Shown here piece after piece: positions 40,576 through 52,225 of a stretch of 64,000 bases of DNA. The position numbers and the translations under genes are program-made. The stretch comes from Eledone cirrhosa (lineage: Eukaryota), in assembly GCA_964016885.1 (NCBI GenBank), contig OZ024743.1, forward strand, positions 7,006,001-7,070,000. Direction: 5' to 3'. Below the pieces are notes generated by a model. The model was not told where the DNA came from. It searched no databases and saw only the letters and a program-made list of their open reading frames with translations. Numbering within the stretch: the first letter of the stretch is position 1; each line of letters starts with the position of its first letter.

Positions 40576-41746
40576 GTATATATATGTATATATATGGGTC
40601 CCAAAGTCAACCTGGCAAAGACTAAGGTCCTTGTAAGTAGACGAGAAAACAGAACCCAGATACCCTCAGGGAAACAGCCTTGCTCAGTATGTAGGAACTC
40701 CATTCTCTGCCCCAAATGCAAACAATGGGTACACAAAAGATGTAGCGGGATCTCAGGAAGCTTAACTAAGAATGTAGGCTTCACATGTAGCAGCAAACAG
40801 CCACAGGAAACAAGTACCACCAAACTCTGGGAGGGCTCTGTAGAAACAGTAGACAGCTTCTGCTAAATAGGTCACCAAATTAGCAGCGGAGGTGGGTGTT
40901 CGGAAAGTACAATAACTAGGGTAAAAACGGGATGGAAGAAGTTCAGAGAAGTTCAGGGAGCCACTACTAGCTGCAAAAAGCTTTTCCCTCAAAATGAAAG
41001 GCAGACCGTATGATGCGTGTATACGAACAGCAATGTTACATGGTAGTGAGACCTGGGCGCTGTCTGTGGAAGACTTGCGTAGATTAGAAAGAAACGAAGC
41101 CTGCATGCTCCGATGGATGTGTAATAGTAATATACGCGAACGGTAAAGCATAAACAAATCGAGAGAGAGACTGAGCATAAGAGGAATCAAATGCTGTGTG
41201 CAGGAGAGGTGGTTGCGTTGGTATGGACATGTGATGCTTATGAAGGATGACAGCTGCATAAAAAGGTGCAGAGCACTAGAAGTCGATGAAAACCGCGGAG
41301 TAGGGAGACCCAAGAAGACCTGGGATGAGGTGATAAAAGCCGACCTCACCCAATTACACCTCTCAAAGGCGATGACACACGACCGTGACCTCTGGTGTCA
41401 CGCAGTAATACAGAAGACCCCCCCCCCCCTCCACGGTTACAAGCTGAAGCATATAGACAATATGTCCCCCACACCCTCCCACTGCAAAGTGGTTGTGGAG
41501 GTGCCACGGCAAAAAGGCACCCAGCCCACACTGTAAAGTGGATGTGTAGGCACCACGGAAAAAAAGCACCCAGCACTCACTGTAAATGAGGTTGGTGTTA
41601 GGAAGGGCATCCAGCTGTAGAAATCAAGCCAAATCAGTTCCTGTATGAGCAAAGCATGGTCAGCCGACCAGACACTGCCCACAACAGGACAACCCATCTA
41701 ACCCATGCTAGCATGGAAGAATGGACGTAAAACAGTGATGATGATG
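40576..41746 (+). mobile_element. RTE LINE 3' fragment, degenerate (stops, small deletions)
   Basis: Near-identical to 49748-50962; RT C-terminus, 3' UTR and (GAT)n tail. Confidence 0.9.
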
Positions 41747-41910
41747 ATATATGATTAATTTTGGTAAGGTGTGAAAAGTTCAATGTGCACTTGGTCTGCA
41801 GTCAGGGATTCAAAACAATCTCGAGTCTTCTGAAGGTTAAAGTTCTTGCTGTTAAAGACAGTGAAGATGGTAGAGCATAAATATTCAAATTCTTCAATTT
41901 AAAAACCTTG

Positions 41911-41953
<43 letters not shown>

Positions 41954-43204
41954 GTGTGTGTGTGTGTGTCTGTAACAGGACGTTTGTGTGTGTAATTGTG
42001 AGTTGAAGTTCTTACCGTAGTAGAAGACTGAATGGTGATGGATATTGGTTGTGGATAATTGATATTTAACCATTGTGTACACGGAGAAGTGCATGAGTTA
42101 TGTTTGGGTATGATGAATGTTTGTGTGCAGTGATACAAGGTAACTTGCCTTATAGAAGTGACTGGCTGTTATTTCTTATGTCCCTGCCCACTAGCAGGCC
42201 AGAGGGATATTGCTTGCGATAATGGAATTGATTCCACTTATTTGATGTGTTGAAATTTAGATGGATATATTGGTCTCTGTCGAGTGTTACATCTTGCTAG
42301 TGGCATGAAGGGTAGACCTCATGCGTCTCATGGGAGACGAGAGCAGACTCTTGTTTACTGTAGGAAGGTTCCTACTTGACTGGTCTAAGAACCTATTTTT
42401 CCTTCACTCCAAAATGACCTGCTACATCAGACAACTGATGCCAAAAGAGATAACCTAGAAAATTACCATTACATGTCACTTGGAGGTCAATGTGTGAATA
42501 GGTTTTGCTACATATATAGTAAAAATAAAATGGATTTGTATGTTTCCTAAATTCACAAAGTAATTTAGAGCATATTTTGTATCGGGTCAGCAACTATTCA
42601 AGTCCGAAGTATTTTCTTACTTTGAAGAGAGAAAAGTAGCTTCATCTTTATTTTCTAAACAAGGTGATTATTAAAAAAATAGAGAAAAGAAAACAATAAA
42701 AGAAGAAAAAAAATGGGATAGAAGAACTGCTCATTCAATTACATGTCACAAGAGGCACTGGAGTTTCCCTCTCATAATTTTTAGGTAAGCCTTGCAGCAT
42801 TGTCATGGGTGATAACAAGGCTTAGGTGGTGATATAATCAAGCACCTTCACAGGCATCATCTGATAGATTGGTAAGGTGAACTGCCAATATTGATAGTTG
42901 GTCTAGTTCCCCAAAACAACACCAGTGCCAAAGGCTGAAAAAATAGTTTGCTAGTTATTCTTGGTATTTTATAATTTTATTCTGTGAAAATAATATCTAG
43001 CTTTTATTAAAATCTTGACTTTTGTGAAATAAATGATTTTCATGAAAAAATGTTCAGAAATAGCGAAACCTAGAACTTTTAGGAAGTGTGATCAACCTAC
43101 TTGTAGTAGAACATTGCATTTACCAAATGCCTACATCAGAACTAACATTTCTTAATGCTGAAAATGAAGTTTTTTTTTTATCTATAACATTTTGTGCCTC
43201 TTGG

Positions 43205-43632
43205 ACTCACTGTAAATGAGGTTTGTGTTAGGAAGGGCATCCAGCTGTAGAAATCAAGCCAGAATCAGTTCCCGTATGGACAAGGCATGGTCAGCCAACC
43301 GGACACTGCCCATAACAGGACAACCCGTCTAACCCATGCTAGCGTGGAAGAACGGACGTAAAACGGTGATGATGATGATATGTATATGAACAAAAAGAGC
43401 CCAGTCCACACTTTAAAGTGGTCATGTAGGTGTTCTGATAAAAAGCACCCTTTCCACCCTGTAAATGTGGTTGGCATTAGGTAGGGCATCCAGCCATAGA
43501 AACCAGCCCAGAATCAGTTTTGTAATGAACATGACACAGTCATCTGATCTTGCTTGTCTCACAATAGGACAACTCGTCTAACAATGCTACCATGGAAAAA
43601 TGGATGTTAAACTGTGATGAGGATGATGATGA
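43205..43632 (+). mobile_element. Two tandem RTE 3'-UTR fragments
   Basis: 43205-43379 and ~43392-43632, each ending in (GAT)n. Confidence 0.82.
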
Positions 43633-43904
43633 TATATACATAATCATACATCAATAGACTATTGTGTTTAATTAATGCCTACATGCTATTCATGAACATT
43701 AAGTTAAGCTTCAGATTTAGTAATATAACTAACTTTCTCATTATTAAACTGGTGTTTGAAGCTTAACTTAACAAATGTTCTTACATAAAATGTTCATGAA
43801 AGGTTTTTAGATAAATATAAGCACTTTAAAATAAACATCATAAAACCAAGAGGTTTGATATCAAAAGAGTTAATAATGTCTATCAGGATGAACATTCAAT
43901 GTAA

Positions 43905-44357
43905 TGATAATAGTGATAATGAAATTATTGTGTACTGTGCTCAGGTGCACTACAACTCCTCAAAGGTGCATGTATAGTACATAGAATAATGTACAAATGT
44001 CAGGAAAGTGAACAGTGTATGAGTCAGGATATACACACATATACGTGCATGCATGTATATGGAGGGGAAATATCAGGTGTAGTGTTGGTGAATTTTGGGA
44101 AGCATGGAAGTTTTGGAGGATGCAGTGTCCCAACAGCTAACAACAGATGCAGGTAGTTTGTTTCATGCTTCAGCAACTCTGAGCGTGAAAAAATGTTTCC
44201 GAAAGTCATGAGAGCTCTGCTGTTTTCTGATTTTGAAAGCATGTTCACAGGTGTTAGACACATGGAATTCAAAAAGGTGCTCAGGGTTGTTGGCAAGATG
44301 GTTAATAATTTTGTGGGTGTTTACTAAGTCAGTTGCCAGACGTTGGAGCTTCAATGT
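43905..44357 (-). mobile_element. CR1 3' fragment (subfamily with longer 3' UTR)
   Basis: LATDLVNTHKII...HDFRKHFFTLRVAEA matches the 10.9-kb element; same terminal motif. Confidence 0.9.
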
Positions 44358-45989
44358 ACTGGGAAACAATTTCACATAACTGAATACAGCCATGAATAGG
44401 TTGAAATCAGCAGGAATATTTGAACAAGAATATCTGGTAATTGAGAATTTTTTGGGGGCCCAATCGATTAACATTTGTAGGTGTCATGGTTTGATGACTT
44501 TCCATTGACCTAAGACCTAGTTTTTTCTGAAATTGTAGTGATACATTATTTATGTTACCTGCTACCTACTGGGTGTATCCAGTTTAGAATAGGTACACTG
44601 TATTCCTACATGTCATAAGATGTGATAAAAATGGCTGGCAGCAAGAAGGACATCTAGCTATAAAAATTTCCTTCAAAAAGTTCCCTATAATGTGTACGAA
44701 GTGGGGAAAATGACCTTAAAATACTTGTGTTGTTGTCAGAGGATATGAAGCAGGTAGTCTTGAAATTTCTGCATTGCTTTCCAACACTAGGTTCCATACC
44801 ACAAATACATACTTTATCAAAAGTTTGTTATATGCTTTATAATACTATAGATTGATTCTTTATAATACTATAGATTGATTCATTTAGAGCAGCCTCTGAT
44901 ATATTTCTTAGCTAATAATTCTACCATTTGACTTCCTTTCTCAATCTACTCATGTCAGTCTTCCAGTTAAGTTTTAGACAGAATGTGGCACTTGAATACT
45001 TCATCTTTAGCACATTTTTCTATATAAATAGTCATACTCTACATTGGTTTTCTTTTGATTGTTATGAATTAGGTAGCATTTTTATTATTTATATTCTACA
45101 GAGTCAAAATTCTTTTGTAAAATTAAGCAGTCTCTGGCAGACTTAATGTTTCTTTATAATTACTAAAGTAGATGGTTTGAAACTCTGCTTTGTACCATTC
45201 CTTATTCTGCAATTTTTGACTCACAAATTACCACTTATGCTATGTGTTTCAGAGAAAGCTCTAAATCTACTTTAAGGTTGTTTTTTTTAATCCAATACCT
45301 TTCAATTTCAGATGTAGCTTTGGGTAGTTTCATATTTTCATAAATGCAATCTACCTGTTTAGTACAATTATAATTTTTTGAACTGCTGACCATTTTATCA
45401 TATTTTCCTTTATTTTGGACAACATGCAACTAAAATCTTCAAGGTTACTTCAAATGCTGGGCCCCATACTTACTGATAATTTCTTCTGACAATCTGACAT
45501 CTAGAACAAGGCAAAAACTGCATCCTAAAGAACCTTTTTAGGACCAGTTGTTGATCAACAATAGAATATTGCTCCCCCATCTGGAATATTGCTGTGGCTG
45601 GATACAAACACCTCCCAACTGCATCCATGAAGTCTTGAAGTCACAAACTGATGTACTTCAACTTGTCTCTTCACTTTTCTCTTTCTACTCCTACTACAAT
45701 GGGTTCTGCCACTTCCAAGCCTTCCCTCTTCTTCGTCTCATATTAACCAAATTTATCGAATCTTTCTTCCAGAAGATATCAAGCCACTAGAATTCCTTCT
45801 CTGGTCATGTTTTACTTGCATTTCATCAACTTCATCAATTTACCCAGTATCAGAAGTTCTGTAAGGCTGTAACCCCTTTCCTCTTGGCTAAACCACTGGA
45901 AAAGAAATCTTATTAACACCATTCCATCTCAGAAATTGTTATTCTGCCAAGTTCCCAACCCACTCCTTAAAATGGTTCTTCCTGGAGGC

Positions 45990-46322
45990 ACAACAAAAGC
46001 GCCCAGTCTACACTATAAAGTGTTCATGTAGGTATCACAACAAAAAGCGCCAAGTCCACACTGTAAAGTGGTCGTATAGGAGTCATGACAAAAAAATACC
46101 CACTCCATGCTGTAAAGTGGTTGTGTAGGTGTCATGACAAAAACACCCAGCACACACTGTAATTGTGGTTGGAATTAGGAAGGGTATCTAGCCGTAGAAA
46201 CCAAGCCCAAATCAGTTCTGTGTAAGTGAAACACGGTCCTCCAACTTGATCTCTCACAAAGGGACAACCCATCTGACCCATGCTAGCGTGGAAAATGGAT
46301 GTTAAACAATGATGATGATGAG
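45990..46322 (+). mobile_element. RTE 3'-UTR fragment with about four ~40-bp sub-repeats
   Basis: Repeated cacactgtaaagtggt..taggtgtcatgacaaaaa.caccca units, then the common tail. Confidence 0.82.
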
Positions 46323-46854
46323 GAGGTCAGAGATATTCCATACATTAAGTTTTTGTAATTTATCATGTAGCAAAATTATCACCAGTAAATCTGTGGATAT
46401 TGAAATGGAGACCAAAATAACTATTACCTCATCACTTTGAATAGCTGCCATGAAACCCACAAGTATTTAAGCCAAATCAAGCTGACTTTGCTCTCTTCCT
46501 CGCACCCTAATGGTCTATGGCACAGTTGACAGCTGACACCCGCCTGTAGCAATTGCTGGATCACTAAGGCACTGCAGGTCAGTAAATTTGTTGTGCACAA
46601 AGCAATATCTTATTTCAACCAGCATTTCAAATATCCACATTCACTCCCAAATTCCAACACATCACAACAAAAATACTCTCATCTATCAACATTATGTTTA
46701 GCAGCCTGTTAACAAAACACTCTCTTTTGTATCAAGATTGTTTGCACGCTCCAGTTATGTTGTATTTTACATAGCACAAATAAAAATATAAAATCAACAG
46801 TTTTGATTTTCCTTATTGATCTGTCTCAATTCATTGTGATCTTGAGCATTTTTC

Positions 46855-46938
46855 AACAACACATACAACACACTACAACACATAAAACACACTACAACAC
46901 ATACAACACACTACAACACATAAAACACACTACAACAC
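46855..46938. repeat. Short CA-rich minisatellite
   Basis: Repeated caacacata(c/a)aacacacta units. Confidence 0.75.
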
Positions 46939-46989
46939 CAACTTTTACAACCATCAACGTTTCTGCTAAAATAAATGTTTCTGATCCTT

Positions 46990-47400
46990 CTTCTTCACCC
47001 ACTTATTCCTGAGAGGGTCGTGGCGGCAGAGTCCTCAAACACTCACCCCAGCAGGTCCTGTTAGAGGCAGCTGTCTCCAATTGATCCAGTTGGATCCCCA
47101 AGTGAGACCAGCCAAGCTCATGGGTGTTATCCAACCCTCTTGCTCAGGATCTACGCTTGGATCTCCTACCGTTTGGTTTTGCCTGTAAAATCTGTCCAGC
47201 GCTTCTTTCCTAAGACATTCTAACCACATGCCCACAGTATCTGAGCTGTGATCTCTCAATAAGAAGTAGCAGCTCTACCTTGAGTGACTCTCTGATCTCT
47301 GAGCTACACACTTTATCGAGTAATGTTATTCCAAAGACCCTTCGGAGGAACCCCATTTCAGCTGCTTGTATTTAAGATAGTATTCTTTCGATCATTATCC
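46990..47400 (-). mobile_element. Degenerate RT C-terminal fragment of a second RTE-like family
   Basis: Minus frame reads LLIERSQLRYCGHVVRM, like the RTE RLRWxGHVxRM block. Confidence 0.6.
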
Positions 47401-47631
47401 ATTAGTTTTAATTTCTTTCTTTATGTCTAGTCCTCATATAAGTGATGTATAAGCTAGATAGTTAAATATCTCGTTGATATTTTGATATTGTGCACATTAA
47501 TGCCTTCTAAATCTAACTTGATCTTTCTTTCTTGTTTTAATTTTTCTCTTTAGTAGATACTACATAATTACTGTAAACACTGGAACAACTTTTCTCAGAA
47601 TTTGGCAGCTATAGTAAAAAAGGTGTAGGAA

Positions 47632-48611
47632 TCTATATATAAATTTGAGCAATTCCGTCTGTCCTTCCGTCACACACTAGAGATGAGTTAGGAAGGGGTG
47701 ATGATGTCACACACTAGAGATGATTGAAGAAGAAAGGGGTGATAACAAGCTGCAGAAAACAGCGGCTAACATTCACTGATGCAGGCTGCTACTACTGTTT
47801 GTGAGTGTATATGTAAATGTGTGTGTGTTTGTGTGAATGTATGTGTATTTGTGTGAATGTATGTCTGTGAATGTGTATTTTTGTAAGTGTGTCTGTGTTT
47901 GAGTGTTTATATTTATATACTCATACAACAAGCAAATTGCTCAAGTTACGGAGTTTGTATATCTCGGTTACAAACTATCATCAAACAACAATGGAATGGT
48001 TGCTGTGAAGTATCACATCGCTCTAGGTTGGGCAGCTTTCAACAAGAACAAGGAAATACTAACATTAAAAAGAGTTTCCTACCATTTGAAGTCTAAGGTC
48101 TTCAATACTTACATCTTACCAGTTGTGTTATATGGTCTTGACTGTGTTAATTGGACGACAAGGTCACTTCAGAAGCTCTCTACATTCCAGAACCACAACA
48201 TGAGACTTATGACTGGCAAGCGGCTCAGTGACTGTATCTGAGCTGCTCAACATTACCAAACTTAGACCAATTACATCAATTGTCAAGTCAAGAGTACTCA
48301 AACTGTATGGTCATATAAAAAGATCAACTCGTGGTGTGAGTAGGTTATGTCTGGAAGGAAGGTGGGCTGGTAAGAGAAACAGAAGCCGACAGCCAAAATG
48401 ATGGCTTGATAATGTCAACTGGACTTGATCTTTGCTATTTAAACTCTGCTGTTGGTGATCGAACTTTGTGGAGAAAAATATCTCATATTGATGTGCAGAC
48501 TGCAACTGGCAGAGTTTAGTGTCAAAAAGAAGACTCATACATATAAATGTATGCATATGCACACACACACACACACACACATATGCATCAATGTGTTGAA
48601 AAAAATCCTAG
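47632..48611 (+). mobile_element. Non-autonomous Helitron-like element (about 2 internal repeat units)
   Basis: A|TCTATATATAAATTTGAG 5' end; hairpin ACACAT-8nt-ATGTGT 11 nt before CTAG|T; no TSD. Confidence 0.72.
47930..48430 (+). mobile_element. Degenerate RT C-terminal fragment of a third RTE-like family, inside a Helitron-like element
   Basis: IAQVTEFVYLG...KSKVFNTYILPVVLYG, then LKLYGHI after a frameshift. Confidence 0.75.
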
Positions 48612-49283
48612 TCTTATATAAATCACATAAAACAACTTTTATTAAACCACAACAAAAAGTATCTGAACTCAGCAATATGTTGACAGGAATTCTCAGTTCT
48701 CATGATACATTATCATCTTAGATAATTTGAACAAAATGAGGAAAATCCCCCACACAAGTTGTTTAATTCTTTAATATTCTTGTTAGCATATTTCTAACGA
48801 AAAACGTTGCTTATGATTTTCAAGTAATTTTGAAAAAATCAAGAATTTGAAAGGATTTAGTAATATAAATAAATTTCTCATTTATCTGTTGTTTGGAACA
48901 TAACAATGATTCTTACATAAAATTATGATGGAAGGTTTTAAAATTAATATAAACACATTAAAATAAACAGTTTTGTATCATAGAACCAGGGGTGGTTTCA
49001 GGTGGTTTGGTATCAAAAGTATTAATACTAATTAAAGATTGTTTTTCAACTATTCATGACCTATGTTGTATATATTTCTTCAGATTTCTCATTTTAATTT
49101 TTCTATTACTGAAGATTTATATAGTCACCAGGATTTGTATATCATCCTCATCATTTTTCCATACTTGCATGGACCATTTATAACATTCACTTTTATATAA
49201 TTATTTAGGTTATTTTAAATTTAATCATATATAATTTGGCCTTTGATTGTTGTTTGTGATGTTGTTTTAGCAATATATTTCAA

Positions 49284-49376
49284 TTAATAATTTTCATTAT
49301 AAACTTGCTTAAGATAATTCAACAAATCATTTTTTTCAGCTTTTGGCAAAAAACTGGATTTTGCAGCATTGAAAAT
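49284..49376 (-). CDS. ADA: ADA last coding exon (IFNAAKSSFLPKAEKNDLLNYLKQVYNENY*)
   Basis: cag|ATT ... TAT TAA; absent from the ORF track. Confidence 0.9.
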   Translation of the reverse strand: MFNAAKSSFLPKAEKNDLLNYLKQVYNENY

Positions 49377-49747
49377 CTGGAAATAAAAAAAACAAATGAA
49401 GTTATCATATTAGTCATGTAGAACAAATAGAATAATTTAGCAAAAATTGAAACAAATATTTTATAATACAATTATTGGTTGTAAATACTTTTTTAACTTT
49501 GGAATAAAATACCTTTGATTATTTAAATGATTGTCATAAGAAAAAACTGTTAATAAGGATTGAAATGATTATCCTTCTCTTAGAACAATTAATTTTCTTG
49601 TTTTTGATAGGTCAGCATGGACATTTTTATTTGATTATCAACCCTGTCATCACTGATTATAATTTAGATTAGTTTTGTGATTTCAAATTACAAAGTACCA
49701 TTATATCAGAAATATTTGAAAACTGAATTAAAGCACTGACAAGAACT

Positions 49748-50962
49748 CCAAACCTGGAAGCAGGGACTAGAGAGAAAGGGTCTCAAAGTCAACATGACAA
49801 AGACTAAGGTCCTTGTAAGTAGACGAGAAAACAGAACCCAGATCCCCTCAGGGAAATGGCCTTGCTCAGTATGTAGGAAAGGTGTAGGTAGGAACTCCAT
49901 TCTCTGCCCCAAATGCAAACAATGGGTACACAACAGATGTAGCGGGATCTCAGGAAGCTTAATTAAGAATGTAGGATTCACATGCAGCAGCTGTGCTGAA
50001 ACAGCAAGCAGCAAACAGCCACAGGAAACAAGTACCACCAAACTCTGGGAGGGCCCTGTAGAAACAGTAGACAGCTTCTGCTACCTAGGTGACCGAATTA
50101 GCAACGGAGGTGGGTGTTCAAAAAGTACAATAACTAGGGTAAGAACGGGATGGAAGAAGTTTAGGGAACTACTACCACTGCTAGCTGCAAAAGGCTTCTC
50201 CCTCAGAATGAAAGGCAGACTGTATGATGCGTGTATCCGAACAGCGATGTTGCATGGTAGTGAGACCTGGGCGCTGAAGGTGGAAGACTTACGTAGATTA
50301 GAGAGAAACGAAGCCTGCATGCTCCGATGGATGTGTAACAGTAATATACGTGAACGACAAAGCATAAATGAATTGAGAGAGAGACTGAGCATAAGAGGAA
50401 TCAAATGCTGTGTGCAGGAGAGGCGGTTGTGCTGGTATGGACATGTGATGCGTATGAAGGATGACAGCTGCATAAAAAGGTGCAGAGCACTAGAAGTTGA
50501 TGGAAACCGCGGAGTGGGGAGACCCAAGATGACCTGGGATGAGGTGATAAAAGCCGACCTTACCCAATTACACCTCTCAAAGACAATGACACACGACCGT
50601 GACTTCTGGCGTCACGCAGTAATACAGAGTACCCGACCTCCCATGGGTACATGCTGAAGCATATAAACAATATGGCCCCACACACCCCCACCGCAAGGTG
50701 GTCGTGGAGGTGCCACGGCAAAAAAGCACCCAGCCCACACTGTAAAGTGGACGTGTAGGCGCCACGAAAAAGCACCCAGCACTCACTGTAAATGAGGTTG
50801 GTGTTGGAAGGGCATCCAGCTGTAGAAATCAAGCCAGATCAGTTCCTGTATGAGCAAGGCATGGTCAGCCGACCAGACACTGCACACAACAGGACAACCC
50901 GTCTAACCCATGCTAGCGTGGAAGAACGGACGTAAAACGGTGATGATGATGATAATGATGAT
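49748..50962 (+). mobile_element. RTE LINE 3' fragment with intact frame, in the last ADA intron
   Basis: ORF 49794..50657 (PHD plus RT C-terminus), 3' UTR, (GAT)n tail; GAACT on both sides is a possible TSD. Confidence 0.92.
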
Positions 50963-50967
50963 GAACT

Positions 50968-51170
50968 TAGGCAGAAGGCCAGACATTTTGGAGGAGGGGT
51001 TAATTGATTAAATTACCCCTAGTACTGGATAAGTACTTTATTTTATCAACCCTGAAAGGATGAGGCACAAAGTTAACCTTAGTGGGATTAGATCACATAA
51101 CATGAAGAGCTGGAAAATATATGGTAAGGTATTTTGTTCAACACTTAAATGACATTAGCAATCCACCACC
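50968..51170 (-). mobile_element. tRNA-derived SINE, same family, diverged
   Basis: Reverse complement of the core (tttattttatcaaccctgaaaggatga). Confidence 0.72.
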
Positions 51171-51254
51171 TCTATTGATTTTAATATGAGGATTCCATCA
51201 TGATAATAAAAGGCTAATTTGAACAAATTGTTAATAAAACATAAATAGAATTAA

Positions 51255-51461
51255 CCCTTTAGCATTCACATTACTTTATATATTCTATTGTATTTTCATG
51301 GTAAAGTCTTTATCTCACGTAATATCGAATCTATGAGATTTTGGTATTATTTATTTACGGAACAATATCTTAACGTCAGTATAAGTGGCCATTATGTCCA
51401 GTTTGAACAGAAAGGGCTGAGAGAAATCTAGCCGGATATGGCCAGTTTAAATGCTAGAGGG
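51255..51461. mobile_element. piggyBac-like MITE
   Basis: TTAA|CCCTTTAGCATT ... AATGCTAGAGGG|TTAA. Confidence 0.8.
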
Positions 51462-51780
51462 TTAAATTGAGGCTAGCATAATTGCAATCGTCATACCCAG
51501 ATTTTTACATTTGTTATAAGAGACATACCAATTCTTTCAAAAGCAATCCACTTTTTACATTTATTTTGCTGAATTGCTAAATACTATATTAACAATGTTA
51601 GAAATAGAAAAAGAAAATCAAATTCCCATTACTTTTTAAATTTTAACTCTTAATGCCTTGTAGCCCATAAAGCCTTTACTGCAAAAATACAATAGTAAAT
51701 ATAAAGTAATGTAAATGCAAAAGGGTTAAAGATATTTTCTACTAAATGATTACAGGATATTAAGAGTTAAGTAGACTTAC

Positions 51781-51907
51781 AGTCTTTATAATTTCCTTTT
51801 TGCCCAAACCAGCTTTTTGTGCTAGGTTATAGTCATTCTGAAGACAAGTAGCAAAGACTGTGGGATCATCAGTGTTCAGAGAGAAATTCATATCATCTTT
51901 TGAAAAC
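51781..51907 (-). CDS. ADA: ADA exon (FSKDDMNFSLNTDDPTVF...IIKT)
   Basis: aag|G TTT ... ACT|gtaagt, 127 nt; TDDP motif; absent from the ORF track. Confidence 0.93.
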
Positions 51908-51954
51908 CTTTAAAAAATAATTGAAACATTGTGGAATGTGTAGAAAACAGTTAT

Positions 51955-52209
51955 ATAATAATAATAACGAAATTATTGTGTACAATGCTCAGGTGCACTA
52001 CAACTCATCAAAGGTGCATGTATAGTACATAGTATAATGTACAAATGTCAGGAAAGTGAACAGTGTATGAGTCATGATATACACACATGTGTATATGTGT
52101 ATGGAGAGGGAATATCAGGTGCAGTGTTGGCGAATTTCGGGAAACATGGAAGTTTTGAAGGATGCAGTGTCCCCATAGCTAACAATTGATGTAGGTAGTT
52201 TGTTCCATG
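51955..52209 (-). mobile_element. CR1 3' fragment
   Basis: Near-identical to 43915-44165; (ATT)n tail. Confidence 0.88.
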
Positions 52210-52225
52210 TAAATAGAACATTAAA

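Noticed and set aside
35592-41400. Inverted RTE copies on either side of the dynein 3' end as a dsRNA switch
   Set aside because: Different subfamilies, and the second copy lies beyond the likely poly(A) site, so pairing would need read-through.
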